A stretch of DNA of 63,999 bases, filler included, from Basidioascus undulatus (GCA_000826855.1; 16 parts of 16 records of this genome joined end to end with filler, not necessarily neighbours in it), one strand, 5' to 3'; positions 39,813 through 55,377 are shown, counted from the first letter of the whole stretch. Notes: a model not told the origin generated them from the letters alone. A program made the numbers and translations.

Positions 39813-40270
39813 GAGCGGGGCGGGGTGGGAGACGCCGACGCCGTGGATGAGCAGGTGCGAGTGGTGCGAGGGCATGTGCAGGCTGGTCGACTGCTGAGCC
39901 GAAGGAGGCGCGGGATGGTGATGCTGGTGGTGCGACGGCGGGAGCGAGGGGGGCGGAGCGTAGTTGTACGGGAAGTGGTGGACGCTGGAGGTGAGGGTGG
40001 AGAAGCCTGACCAGCCCAAAACCCAGAGAAGAGTCAGTAAACCATCGCTGATCCCCTCTGCGGCCGCCAAGTCGACGCACCGTAGTTCGAATCCTCATGC
40101 TGCGCTTGAGCGTGTTGCTGGTACGAGTACATCGCGTCGTGCTCCGCGGCGTATTCGATATGCTGCGTGTACGTCCCGCCGCCGCCGCCGCCGCCCCAGT
40201 CGGGGGTGGGGGACGAGGCGAGGGCGTGGGCGTGGGCGTGCGGGTCGTGCGGGAGCGGGTCCATGAACAT
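39813..40270 (-). CDS. His/Pro/Gln-rich protein N-terminus, 3'-partial
   Basis: MFMDPLPHDPHAHAHA..., a GTGCGT donor near 40080, then a CAG acceptor to an exon encoding FSTLTSSVHHFPYNY. No recognisable domain in view. Confidence 0.6.
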
Positions 40271-41696
40271 CGGGCTCGCGGCGTGGGGGGTGCAGGGAGG
40301 CGTTATCGTGGTCGTCGTCGTTGCGGTGGTCGTGGGTCGTTGGGGTCGTAGAAGTCGAACGCGAGGAGAGGAGAGAGGGAGAATGCTGAGGAAGAGAGGC
40401 GTTGCTGGTCGTTGGAGGTCAAGGCGAGAGCGATAGCGAAGAGAAGAGTGTCGGCAAAGAGCAGGCTCGCCGACAAAGTGTAGCCAGTCAGGCAGACGCT
40501 ATCGCTGCGGGCCGTCGCTATCGTGCAGCGGGCGAGCCAAGCGGCGTCCTTCGAATCCTCTTTTGTGCGGGGGTGGGGGCGGGGCGGTGCAGGGGTAATG
40601 GGGTCGTCAAGTGTCGTGGGGGTCGTAAAAGCTCAAAGAAGCCCCGAAAAGAAAAAGGGGGCGGCGACGGCGGGAGGCGCGGGCAGAGAGAAAAAGGCAG
40701 AAGGACAAAACAAGGGAGCGCGGGCGAGGCGCATAATATGCGGATGCGGCGCAAGTGCGGAGCATGGAAATGAATGGGGACAACGGCCCAACGACGGTGA
40801 AGCCGTGATGGAGCTTGAGCTTCGGTTTCGGTGTTCGGGTGTGTCAGAGATGGTACTATTCTGGTGGAATCTGTGAGTGAGTGGCCGAGTACGCGAGCGA
40901 TTCGACGGGTGAGCGTTCGGATCAGTACTCTGGGGCCGGCGATAGCCTCCCAGAGGCTATTGGCGGATGGATCCACGACCGAAGAACGTCAGATGGCGTG
41001 TAACCCCTCGCCCGACAGCATTCAGCGTTCTCCCCAGATCGATCGATTAAAGGGCTGTAAATGGGCAATCCAAACAAAGGGGAGGAGGGTTCGAGTGTGA
41101 GTTGTGCGGCGGCCCGACGCGGAGGCCGCTAAGGGCGTATAAATCAAATCAATCTCGGGCGAGCTCGAGAGAAGCTTCGAGTCCGGAGTGAGAAGGAATG
41201 CGATGGGATGCCATGCGGTGTGTTGGTCGAAGGTGAGTGGAGCAATGGATGCTGCATGGAGAGTGAGCGTGGGGATGACAAGCTGAATGAGAACCAGAGT
41301 CGGGGAGGGCAGAAGACTGCCCGGTCAGGGGGTGCGGAAGCGGGAAGAAACGGGCTTTAAAGGGCTTCGGGAGCGCGCGCTGCTGAAAGGGGTCGAAATT
41401 AGCTGACCGACCTGAGGTTTGTCAGTTGGAAAGATTGGTACAGGATGGGTACCGGCGTTGGTGAAGGCGTGAGTGAGTGAAGGCGGCGGCCACGTACGTC
41501 GTCACTGTCGCTGAGGTGGCTCAGCTTCTCTTCGTTGCCTGTGAAGTATTTAGCACACTTGCATAGCATCAATGGACACCATCTTGATGCTTAATCTGGT
41601 ACAGGGTTAAGATTATGGGATGAAAGGTAAAGATCGCTCTCGAATGACTTGCTGTGTAGGCCGCGGCTCTGTGAAAATAAGCTAATTATATGTCAT

Positions 41697-41769
41697 GGCC
41701 GCTTAACTCAGTTGGTAGAGTGTTTGCTTAACACGCAAAATGTCGCAGGATCGAGCCCTGCAGTGGTCA
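41697..41769 (+). tRNA. tRNA-Val(AAC), no intron
   Basis: GGCCGCT/AGTGGTC acceptor stem, TTTGC-TT-AAC-AC-GCAAA anticodon arm, GCAGG-ATCGAGC-CCTGC T-arm and a T-rich terminator. Confidence 0.93.
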
Positions 41770-41984
41770 TTTCCTTTTGATTCCCTTTTAACCTCTCTCA
41801 TTTCGCTGTCCTCGCACACATCCAAGAAAGTCCAATTCTTTAACTTTTTCTGTCGCAGACGCTAGGGCAAACGAGCCAAATGCCAGCTTGCAATTGGGAG
41901 ACGCTGCGGTGCTGCAAACCGAAATGACGGCATGGGCGCCCTCACGCTTCTCGATCTTCCACCACACTCACCGCACATCTCACC

Positions 41985-42446
41985 ATGAAGCTGATCCGGA
42001 AAAGCATAGAACGGGATCTCTCGGTACGCCACCTTCATGGCCCCAGCTCTTCATGTCCGTCGCTGACCGAGCCCGGGCGCACAGGGATGGGTTACTCTGC
42101 TGCCGGAAGAGGTGCGACCGGGAGGAGGAAGTTGGCAACTCGGCGCAGGAGTGAGCTGACGGTGGAGGACCCACAGGACGAGGATCTGTGGCACTGCTAC
42201 AACTTGATACAGGAGGGCGATGAAGTGCGGGCGCCTGCGATCCGGTGCGTCCATCTCCCGCACCCCATCCCCCTCTCCACCTGAGCACTGAGCATCTCCG
42301 TCTCTCCCCCAGCCGCGTCCAAACGACCTCCTCGACCGGCTCAACGGACTCGCACCGCGTGCGGCTGAACCTGACTCTCGAAGTGACGAAAACGTTCTTC
42401 TCCCCCTCCGCGACCGGCGGGCCCTCCGACTCGCCCGCGAACGGGA
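41985..42446 (+). CDS. DOM34: Dom34/pelota ribosome rescue factor, 3'-partial
   Basis: Spliced [69 protein letters not shown]. Confidence 0.93.
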
Positions 42447-42546
42447 NNNNNNNNNNNNNNNNNNNNNNNNNNNNNNNNNNNNNNNNNNNNTTAATTAATT
42501 AANNNNNNNNNNNNNNNNNNNNNNNNNNNNNNNNNNNNNNNNNNNN

Positions 42547-43732
42547 GATGGCAGCGGAGCGTTGCTTAGGGCCGGTCTGGCGTGCGACTAGAAAGGATAG
42601 GAAGAGGGAGGGAGAGGGGGTGGGAGCGGGGACGGGCGAAGGGCGGATTATTGGACGCACCCTCGATGATACCCGGCAAGTCGAGCACTTGGATCGACGC
42701 GCCGTTGACGGTCATGTTCTGCCGGTCGTCCCACATCGCATCAGTTCGTGCTGCCATCTCTCCTCTCCAAGTCGGATGAGATCCTCCGAGCTATGCTAGT
42801 CCGAAGGGAGGAGAGGCGGGGTATAGGAAAGGAGAGAAAGGCCGGGGAAAGGAGAATGCGTACACCAGGCACCGTAGTCAACGTAGTGAACTCGTACGCC
42901 GCCGCTACAGAGTCCGTGCCCGTGAGCTTGGACATGAGCGTGGACTTGCCGACGGAGGGGAAGCCTGATCCCGTCACGACCGACACATGAGCTTTCTTTT
43001 CTCTCGCCTGCCTTTTTGGAAACGCACCGATGAATCCCACGGAAGCGATTCCAGAGCGGGCGACGTCGAAGCCGAGGCCTGCATGGCGTCTCCCGGTCAG
43101 TTGGTGGTTCCGAAAAAAAAGGGGGAGTGAGGAGGTAAAGAGGTGGAAAGGTGGGATGTGGGGAGGCGGAGGTGAGATGTGGAGGTGGGGAAATAGGTAG
43201 GAAAGGGAGAGGGAAGGGAGAACGAAAGACCCACCCGGCCCACCACCGCCGCCTCCGGAGGGGGTGATCAGCTCGCGCTTGAGCTTGGCGAGCTTGGCTT
43301 TCCTGATTACGTCAAAGCGCGAGATTGCGTAAGCGATGCGTTATAAGAAGAGGAAGAAGGGTAGAGAGGGAAGGAGGGTGGGTGGGGCAGGGGGAGGTGA
43401 AGAGAGGGGTATGGGATGGTGGGGAGGAAGAGGAGAGGGAAGAAACGGACAGTTGACCCAAGTGGTACGACGTCGCCTTGTTCTTTTGGGTCTTGTTCAT
43501 CTCATCTGGTTTCCCATCCCCGTCAGCTTACCCTCCGCAGGAGAGGAGAAGGGCGTGGACGGACCTTCGATCTGCCTTTACCCGCGCACCCATCCCTCCG
43601 TCAATCCAGTCCCAAAGTCACACCCTCCCAAGAACGCGAAAGCATACTTGATCTTCTCCACAGTCGTCGACACTGTCCACCGCCCCTCGTCAGCTCCTAC
43701 CAAACCACATCCCACAAATCTCGAAGCGTACT
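42547..43732 (-). CDS. RBG1: DRG-family GTPase Rbg1/DRG1, 3'-partial
   Basis: [65 protein letters not shown] and DLPGIIEG. Confidence 0.93.
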
Positions 43733-44129
43733 GTTGGGCTAAAACTCTCGGTGCGAAGCTCAGTGACGGGGCGGGCGAGGTGGCGGCTGGTCTGATTTGT
43801 GAGCTGTTTTCCGCGGATAGATCAGAATGCAATTAGAGTGTAGGTGTGGTTGGGAGAGACGGACGAGCAACGAAGGATGTGGCGGTCTAAGAAGGAGCTG
43901 CGAAAGACGAAGAGCGAAGGGGCGTCTTCTTTCCGCCCCGCTTCCGCAGTTCATCCACGGGTTGTCCGCGAGATAAATCACTCGAGCACACGAGCAATGA
44001 CGCTTTCCATCGCGCGCGCGTCCGGCGTCGCTGACTGCTCGGCGGGTCTTGCGTCTTCCCTCTCGCGTCTATCTCCTCCTCTTGCCTACTCGCTTGCTCG
44101 CGTAACTCAGACAATTGCAGCCCGCCAGA

Positions 44130-45178
44130 ATGGCGGTCTTACGGTCCATAGCGGTGCGTTTCACATCTTTCTTATTCTCTGCATTCCCAGTGCACGCTCA
44201 TGCGCCTGAAATCCACAGGTCCGACTGCGTCCGCCCCGCCTCTCCCTCCCATCTTCTTCTTCTCGTCTACCCGCGTTTTTCCTCCCCCCACACGCTCTGC
44301 ACCCCTCCCCCATCCTTCACCTCGCTCGCACCCACGCGCACTTCGCCCAAAGCCCTCCTCCCCCTCCCCAACCCCCGAGCTCCAAAACCCCCTCACAACC
44401 CCCACAAGCGACCCCGAAAGCCGGGAGCGGGAGCACCCACGCGCCCTCGGAGCCCACGACCAAGCAGCAGCGCGCGGTCGACTGGCGGATCATCAAGGAG
44501 CTCGTGGTGAACGTCTGGCCAAAGGATGATAAGGGCACGAAAGTTCGAGTTGCGCTGGCGCTGGGGCTGCTGGTGGGCGGGAAGGTGCGACGTCTTCCTT
44601 ACGTCCTTACAACATATATCCACGACTTCGCGGAGGATTCCTTGGTGAAGGGAGCATAGCTGACAGTGGGACGCGGATCCAGCTCCTCAATGTCCAAGTC
44701 CCCTTCTTCTTCAAGCAAATAGTCGACACGCTCAACATCCCCGTCGAGGCGGACAACGCCGTGTGGACCGTGTGCGGGTCGATTATCGTCGGGTGTGCGT
44801 CCCCTCCCCATCCCCCTTCCTACGTTCCTACCCTCTCTCCACGATCCCGCCCCTCTCCTCCTTCCCTCCTTCTGTCCTCCCTCCCCCCTTTCTTCCCCTC
44901 CTCCCACTTCTCCCTCTCTTCTCTCCCCTGCCCACAAATCTAAACTCTCCCCCCCACCCAGACGGCCTCGCCCGCATCGGCGCGACCCTTTTCTCCGAGC
45001 TGCGCAACGCCGTCTTCGCGAACGTAGCACAGCGCGCGATCCGCCGCGTCGCGCGCAACGTCTTTGCGCACCTCATGCGCCTCGACCTCGGCTTCCATCT
45101 TAACCGGCAGACGGGCGGGCTGACGAGGGCTATTGATCGGGGGACCAAGTACGTGCGGGGTGGGTTCCCTCCCCCCCC
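44130..45178 (+). CDS. ATM1: Mitochondrial ABC transporter Atm1/ABCB7, 3'-partial; start uncertain
   Basis: [50 protein letters not shown]...[22 protein letters not shown]...[19 protein letters not shown]. Confidence 0.92.
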
Positions 45179-45278
45179 NNNNNNNNNNNNNNNNNNNNNN
45201 NNNNNNNNNNNNNNNNNNNNNNTTAATTAATTAANNNNNNNNNNNNNNNNNNNNNNNNNNNNNNNNNNNNNNNNNNNN

Positions 45279-47898
<2,620 letters not shown>

Positions 47899-48520
47899 NN
47901 NNNNNNNNNNNNNNNNNNNNNNNNNNNNNNNNNNNNNNNNNNTTAATTAATTAANNNNNNNNNNNNNNNNNNNNNNNNNNNNNNNNNNNNNNNNNNNNAG
48001 TTGTTTTGTCCGTCTGGAGAGACAGGAACTGGACGAGCAAGCGATGAAGCAGCTGACATGCCTACACCACATGAAGGATTTCTTTTTTAAAGAAAGTAAA
48101 TTAATACACACCCGGGCTTACATGCCATTGTTGACAGCAAGATGTGGCAAGCAAGCCCGGCGTCGAAGTCTCTTAACGTCCACTGACCTTCGGATGCTCA
48201 TCTACCTTTGAATTTAACTGAGTACAGGCCTTAAAATTATGCAGTGGTCAGCAGCTCTGCTCTGATTTTCAGGCCAAGTTTCCCATACTGCAGGGGTGAG
48301 TCGGACCTACTGCGCTTACGCGTAAACTCGTCAACGTGGTAGACGCCTACAGGTGTATCACATTCAGTTCGTTCGGCATTCAATTTGTTTTTATAACTCT
48401 GCACACATTCCCATCGCAGCTTCGTACATCAAATCGAGCGGGCGCAGTCCGTTTGCCCTGCCGGCTTCGCGCCTTCACGCCAAACGATGCGCCTTGCACC
48501 ACTGCAAGATCCGAACCTTT

Positions 48521-49350
48521 TCAGCCGTCAGAAGAAAGGGCAGGTAGGTCTCCCCGGTTTACTCTGCGCGCCCTCTTATGGTTCGGCCAGTCCTCGCGCT
48601 GATGTATGTGCGGCCGAGCAGTACGTCGCCCCTCGGCAATCCTGGCAAGTACGCGTGCAAGGGACGCCGCAGACCTCGCACCATGGCCGTTGAGCGACCT
48701 TATCCACCAAGTCCCGCTGTGAGTCAAACACGATCACCACTTCCTGCACGTCGATCGTGCCACTACTAGCGGGCCTCGGGAGCTCGTAGCGCACTGTTCG
48801 GCGCACGCCAAGGTGTGCGCGGCGCAGCAGCAAGCGTGTCAAGTCGTGGGGAGCAGGCGGCAGGGGGACGCGGTCGTGTGAGAACTGAATCCGTAAGTCC
48901 GTGCTCTGATGACGAACGACGCGAGTGAAACTAGTTCGATATAGCTCGCGTAACTCTCGCCGACGTGAGGGTCGCTCTCGGCGAGATTGGCGAGGCTCAG
49001 GCCGAAGGTCGGCTGTGCTGGAAGGTGCAAGAGACACAGCCGTCCGAACCGACGACTACAGCGGCCTCTTTGGGAATACGCCTGTGTTTCCCCATTTCAA
49101 TGACTTGGGGAGGGCCTCCAGCAAAGTCCGTCAGCTCCGCGATCGCTGCCGTACTGAACTCTGCCGAAAGGTTTGGGAGGGGCGGAAGAGGATCCTCAGG
49201 GCTGAAGACTTCAAGAAAATGACTTGGTGCTGTTGAGAGCCCTAAGGAGCAGGAGCGTGTGCTCGAGAATGCGAACGATGTCCAGCAGCTCCCCTCGAAC
49301 AAAAAAGTCCGCGAAGAGCTTGTCGATGTGCCGTTGGCTTCCGAGCATGG
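48521..49350 (-). pseudogene. zf-MYND protein pseudogene
   Basis: CEVCGVPCTRTCQDCRGATYCSAAH, then a frameshift (ACAT duplicated) to QREDWPNHKRAR. Upstream frames are broken by stops. Confidence 0.65.
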
Positions 49351-49888
49351 CGCCGGAGACCTTTGTCGCCCCGAATCCTTGAGCTGAAAGGTGGGGCGAA
49401 TGCCCTTCGTCGACAGCGCTGAATGCGACTTGTCAGACTCCGAGCGAGCACGCTGGCCGTATGCGATGACCCGCGAGTCCGTCTCGTCAACGGTATTGAC
49501 ACGGAAGTGAAGAGGCACGATGAGTTTGAGCGAGCTGGGTGGAGTGATGGCGGTCAAAGCCAAACAAGGGCCGAGGACCGCCGCGTGCACACCGTTCGTC
49601 TATGGCCCTTGGTGGCCCGTCCCTACACCGTCTTGGCAGTTTGTGAACGTTTCTTTGCACCCGGAACTTGCAATGTGTTCTAAAGAGGAGCGACAAAAAT
49701 AATCCTCGCAGCCCACACGCGCATTTCGCCCGCAAATCTGTCAAATGCACATCTTTCGACTTTCTGAAGCTTGAACACACTCAAGAGGCGCGACGAGTAA
49801 AGCAATATAGAACACAAATAGGTATAGAAACACAACAGCTCAAAGATCCAATGCAACCTCCTCTCCTCCCCTTCCTCGCCCCGGCACA

Positions 49889-50608
49889 TCAAAGACTCGC
49901 GACGGTCGTTCCCTCGTCCCTCGTTGGCTCGTTCCCCTCCGCCGGCACCTGTGCGACCTGGCTCCCCTGCCCAACAAGCCCATTCGCCTCCGAGCTCGCA
50001 GCCTGAACCTCCTGGTGCGCGACTTGCTGCCCCGTCTGCGCCTTGCGCAACAGCTCCTGGACCTGCTGCATCTGGCGCGCGACGCCGAGGCGCTCCGCGT
50101 ACAGCTGCTGGCGCGCCGCCTCGATGTTCCTTCGCTCGTCTTCGAGCACGTCCTCGAGGCGCTCGAACTGCGCCATCTTGAGCTCGAGCTTGCGCAGCTG
50201 CGCGTCCACCACGCGCGAGACGAGCCGCTGGATCTCGCGCTCCTCGTACGTCGCGAGCACGTGCGCCTTCGCTGCTGCCGCCCCCAGCGCGACGGACGCG
50301 GCACGCTCGACCGCGTTGCGGGGGACGGCGCCGGAGGTCTTGGACGAGATCGCGACTGCCTCGGAAGACTCGCCGTCGACTTGCATCGAGTCGGACTCGT
50401 CCGCCGGCTTCGCGCTCGCTTCCCGCAAAGCCTGCTCCTTCGGCGCGGCGTCCTCCGTCGCGGCTGGTGCGGGCGTCCCGGCGGCGGAGGCAGGTGCGGG
50501 CGTGGGCGTGGCTGTTTGCTCCTTCTCTTTCTCCTTGTCGCCCTCGGCCTCGCCCTCCTCCTTCTTCTCATCCTCCTTCTCCTTCTCGCCCTCCCCCGGC
50601 TTACCCCC
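49889..50608 (-). CDS. SWI3/RSC8-family (SMARCC) chromatin remodelling subunit, C-terminal part
   Basis: VERAASVALGAAAAKAHVLATYEEREIQRLVSRVVDAQLRKLELKMAQFERLEDVLEDERR (SWIRM-associated region) after an acidic linker. Confidence 0.9.
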   Translation of the reverse strand, partial: GGKPGEGEKEKEDEKKEEGEAEGDKEKEKEQTATPTPAPASAAGTPAPAATEDAAPKEQALREASAKPADESDSMQVDGESSEAVAISSKTSGAVPRNAVERAASVALGAAAAKAHVLATYEEREIQRLVSRVVDAQLRKLELKMAQFERLEDVLEDERRNIEAARQQLYAERLGVARQMQQVQELLRKAQTGQQVAHQEVQAASSEANGLVGQGSQVAQVPAEGNEPTRDEGTTVASL

Positions 50609-50708
50609 NNNNNNNNNNNNNNNNNNNNNNNNNNNNNNNNNNNNNNNNNNNNTTAATTAATTAANNNNNNNNNNNNNNNNNNNNNNNNNNNNNNNNNNNN
50701 NNNNNNNN

Positions 50709-53316
50709 CGGACTCCACCTCGAGTGCCTCTACCCTCAGTGAGCTTATCCACTCAGACCTAGTCGATGTCTCTCACGCCTCCCTCAGTGGGATCTGTTAC
50801 ATTCTCACCTTCGTCAATGACCATTCGCAGAAGCTCTTCATCTACCTCCTTTGATGCAAGTCGGATGCCTTTGCACGTTTCCAGGAGTCCCACACACTCC
50901 TTGAGCTCCAGACTGAGCACAAGCTCAAGGCCCTCCGCACTGACAATGGTGGCGAGTATGTCTCCCGTGCATTCTCCGGCTACCTTGCGAAGCACGGAAT
51001 CCGTCACAAGCGGACGACACCCTACACACCCCAACAAAAGCATGCGCTGAGCGCATCAACCTCTCCATCACCAACGCCATCCACACCATGCTCGTCGACT
51101 CCGGTCTCCCCTGGTCGCTCTGGGGAGAGGCCATGCAGACATTTGCGATGTCAAGGACCGCTGCCCACACAAGGCCCTCGGTGGTGACATTCCGGAGCGC
51201 ATCTGGTCCGGCAACATGCCACACGTCACGCACCTTCGGGTCTTCAGGTGACGTGCATTTGAGCTCGTGCCAAAGGAGAAGCGCACATGCAAACTCGCTC
51301 CTCGCAGCCTCCCATGCATCTTTGTCGGTTACGACGCCAACACAAAGGCCTATCGCCTCGATGACCCTATCACCTGCTGTATCTCCCTCTCCCGTGACGT
51401 CTCCTTCTTTGAGGACGACATGCCCATGCATGAGGACAGTGACAAACAACCCTCTGGTCCCTTCCATATTTCCAGCTCCAGTGTCACTTCCTTTCCCGCT
51501 TCTGATGACATCACACCAATCTCTTCTGCCAAAAGCACCACCTCTCTGCCAATCTCGTCCTCATCCTTGCTTGTCATCAATCTCATCCTCTGCTTCACTC
51601 TCACCCTCATCCTCGTCCTCCTCATCAGCACTGTTGTCACCCTCCGGACCTCCTCTTTCACCACATACGCCTGATGCCTCTGCCGGCTCTCACTCCGAGG
51701 AGCCGGAGCCAGTGGGGGCACCTGAGCGAGAGGGGGAAGCGCAGACTGACTCAGACTCGTGTGACGACCTGCTAGACATCATCTCAGATGACGAGGACCC
51801 TCCTGCCGACATTTCACACCAGGGTCTCTCTGCCACTGCCCGCTCCTCCGATCTCGACCTCTACACGCTTCCCAGCTGGGCCCTGGCCACACTGCACGCA
51901 GCTCTCTCCGGCCCGGCTGCTCACGAGTGGGGGGCTGCCTGTCAGGCTGAGATGGACTCGCTGGCGCACATGCAAACATACGAGCTTGTCCTCTGTGCGA
52001 CCATGCCTCGGAACCGCAAGGTCCTCACACCTAAGTGGGTCTTTGCCCTCAAGCATGACGCTCAGGGCAATATCGTCAAATACAAAGCACGCCTCGTCAT
52101 CCGCAGCTTCGCTCAAGTTCCCGGCCTCGACTTCAAGGAGACATTCTCACCTGTCCTCCGCTTCTCCTCACTCCGCATCCTCCTCGCCCTCGCGGCCTGC
52201 CATGACTGGCACATCCACCAGCTCGACACCAACTCGGCCTTCCTCAATGGTGAGCTTGAGGAGGAAATCTACATGGAGCAGCCTGAGGGTTTTGTTGTCT
52301 CTGGCAAGGAGGACCGCGTCTGCAGGCTCCTCAAGGCGCTCTATGGCCTCAAGCAGGCCGGTCGCCAGTGGTACAAGAAGATCCGTGCCACACTCGCCAG
52401 GCTCGGCTTCTCCCAGTCTCGGGCTGATCCCTGTGTCTTCATGCTCGTCCGTGGTTCCCTCGTCTGCATCCTCGGCCTCTACATCGATGACAAGGTCATC
52501 ATCAGCAACGACCTCGACTTTGTCCGCCATGTCAAGGAGCTCCTCAAACGTGAGTACGAGATGAAGGACCTCGGTGAGGCAGAGTACATCCTGGGCATCC
52601 AGACCAAGCGCGACCGTGCGCAGGGCACGCTTGCTCTCTCTCAGCGCCAGTACCTCCTGGATGTCCTCTCCCGCTTCAATATGGCCGATTGTAACCCAGT
52701 CTCCGCACCGATCGAAGCTGGACTCAAGCTCCAGCATGCCTCGCCTGACGACCCTCGTACAGACACACCCTACCAACAGGCACTTGGCTCACTCATGTAC
52801 GCCACCTGTGGAACACGTCCGGACCTTGCCTTCGCTGTCTCCTACCTCAGCCAGTTCTCCTCGCACCTGACACAGGTGCACTGGGCAGTGCTCAAGCGCG
52901 TCCTCCACTACATCAAGGGCACACTTGATCTCTCTCTCACCTTCCACCGCTCCACCAGCGGCAGCGACGCCACCATCCATGGCTTCTCAGACTCGGACTA
53001 CAGCAATCAGCAACGCTCTGCCATGGGCTACACCTTCATCCTCGCTGGCGGTGCAGTCACCTGGTCCTCCAACCGCATGCCGAATATCACGCTCTCCAGC
53101 TCCGAATCCGAGTATGTCAGCCTCACCAACGCCGCCAAAGAAGCCTTGTGGCTCCGCACCTTCCTCTCCGAGCTCCGCCTCCAGCCCTCTGCACCCATGG
53201 TCATCTACGGTGACAACCAGGCTGCACTCTCCATTGCTCAGAACCAGCAGTACCACACTGCGACCAAGCATGTCGCAATCAAGTGGCACTGGATTCGAGA
53301 GGTCATCGAGAGTGGA
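50709..53316 (+). mobile_element. Ty1/copia LTR retrotransposon pol (integrase-RT-RNase H), degenerate
   Basis: Integrase LIHSDL...LRTDNGGEY...TTPYTPQQ. RT KWVFALK...YKARLV...LYGLKQAGRQW...LYIDD...MKDLG. RNase H GFSDSDY...LSSSESEY...IYGDNQAA...TKHVAIKWH. Stops and frameshifts in the integrase. Confidence 0.96.
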
Positions 53317-53416
53317 NNNNNNNNNNNNNNNNNNNNNNNNNNNNNNNNNNNNNNNNNNNNTTAATTAATTAANNNNNNNNNNNNNNNNNNNNNNNNNNNN
53401 NNNNNNNNNNNNNNNN

Positions 53417-54006
53417 CGTGGAGGAATCCTGAGGTATGCTTTCCTTCTCTCTCTCTCTCTCCTTTCCGGGGTGTTCGCGCAGGCGGCGGCGGCGCACAGC
53501 GTTCACAACCTCACGCTCGCGCGCGGGGGAAACTCACCCTACTTACTTCGTACTAACCCCCTTACGCTGTCGGCGGCGGTAGATCTGGGCCAACCCGAGC
53601 ATCGGCACCCAGATCGCGCAGCGTACGTCCGCCCATCCACATCTTCCTTCCGATGCAAGGCTGACCTGTTCCCATATCCTGATTGGCGCAGAGGCCGGCT
53701 ACGCACCCCGCGGTCACGGTCCGCCCCCACCCATGGTCGGTGCCCCCGGCGGCTACCCGCCCCAGAACGCGCCCTACGGCAGCGCCCCCGCCGGCGCGCC
53801 GGGCGCTTACAACGCTGGCTACGCTGGCTACACTCAGCAGCCGCAGGGCAGCTACGGCGGGTACCAGCAGCAGCCGGCGGTTCGTCTTTCCCTCCTCTGT
53901 CCAGTTCTTTTGAGATGTAGTGTCGCTGACGCTGCGACTTTCGGTGCAGGCCGCGACGCCGTACCAGGGTGCTTACGCCGGTTACTACCAGCAGCCGCCC
54001 CAGTAA
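53417..54006 (+). CDS. 3' end of a gene with a Tyr/Gly/Pro/Gln-rich low-complexity tail
   Basis: GT-AG spliced WRNPE-IWANPSIGTQIAQ-QAGYAPRGHGPPPP...YQQQPA-AATPYQGAYAGYYQQPPQ*. Confidence 0.7.
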
Positions 54007-55377
54007 GCGCCTTACGCGCGCGCTCGTCCGCTGAAGTACGTTCTGGGTCCCGCTCCTTCGTCTTTCCACCCTCTCATGCTCTTCCCACCCTCCACAGACT
54101 CTTTCTCTCCTCATCTCGCGGTGTCCAGCGCTCATAAGTCTCATGACGGTCGACCAACGGACGGCCCTCACTGCGACTCACGATATATTGCTTCCTCTTC
54201 CTGTCTAACCTTCTGTACCTGAGAATCGAACGACGCCCCATCCCTCTCATCCAGCACTCAACATTTTGTTTAGCTCTCTGACCATGTTCTTCCGCGCTTC
54301 ACCCTGTTTTCTTTCTTTCTGTTTTCTGTGGGCGACGACGCCTCTGACCTGTTGACCGAACGGGCTGATGCATACTAAAGCGGTTCGCGACGCTGAAAGC
54401 TTAGCAGCACAGATGCCGCACTGATTTGCCATGCAGGTTTTGGGATGGTGAAGGTAAAATAACTTGCGTGATGGCGCAACTGAGAACTGAAAAACAGCTA
54501 GATTACAATGTTCGTCGTCTCGTCGCGCTTGCGGTATGTATTCGATCGCGACCCATGGCAGCTCAAAAGGTACGCTGCGTGGCACGGCGGCGACGCGTTC
54601 CCGTAATTTGGCTTGCGCATGTGTGATTGCTCTCAGGTGATTGCTCTCAGGTTCCATGTTCCATGTAGTATTTAGCAGGTTCGATGTTTGTTGGTTCGTG
54701 TAGTACTTGCGTATGCTCCGGCGAGTGAAGCGCCCGGCCTCAAGGCCAGAGATTGCTTCGCTTTCTCAGCCTCTGGACGTCCTGCGACTACGCTTCGTCA
54801 GGCGGACGCTGCCGTGACCTGCAGGACTCTGACTGACGTAAAAGATGGAAAGAGTGTCATCGTGCCTCCCTGCGACTGCGACTGGAGGGAAAGCAACTGA
54901 AAGCTGGAAGTGGCCTTGTGACGTTGCCTACCACCACCCATCTGACTGGGAATGACAGGGTTTACATCACCGAGGGGCGCCCAAGAAGATGCAGGACGGC
55001 AGAATGATTGTAAAAACAAATTTGAGTGGCAAACCCAGGGGAACGAGGCGAGGCCGCAGCGAGTCAGCGCCAGGCACCCTGAAACTCGCTGACCAGGGGA
55101 ACAACGGAGTGGCTTGCTCTGCGTACATCTCAAAGCGATACACACATTCGGGCAAACAACGAATGCACTGCTTGAGAAGTCCGAATGCGCCTTGTGCTGT
55201 GTACAAAAAAGCGTGCTGAAAGGCGGACGATCGGCGCACGCAACGAGGGCGGCACGAGTTCCGTTTGGGCTTCGGTTTGGCACAGCCCCTGTTCCCCTGT
55301 CCCGCACGATCTCCTTGTTTTGACACACCACCGCCCGCACGTCCCTTTTTCAGCCCAGCCTCAGCAGCACGGCCGCA

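Noticed and set aside
41745..41761. ATCG instead of TTCG in the tRNA-Val T-loop
   Set aside because: A54 variants are known in some eukaryotic tRNAs, and the stems pair normally.
51088..53364. 758-aa ORF as an intact retrotransposon pol
   Set aside because: Its N-terminal part leaves the integrase frame, and the integrase carries stops and frameshifts.
54626..54666. Short tandem duplications (GATTGCTCTCAGGT x2, GTTCCAT x2)
   Set aside because: Two-copy slippage duplications with no array structure.
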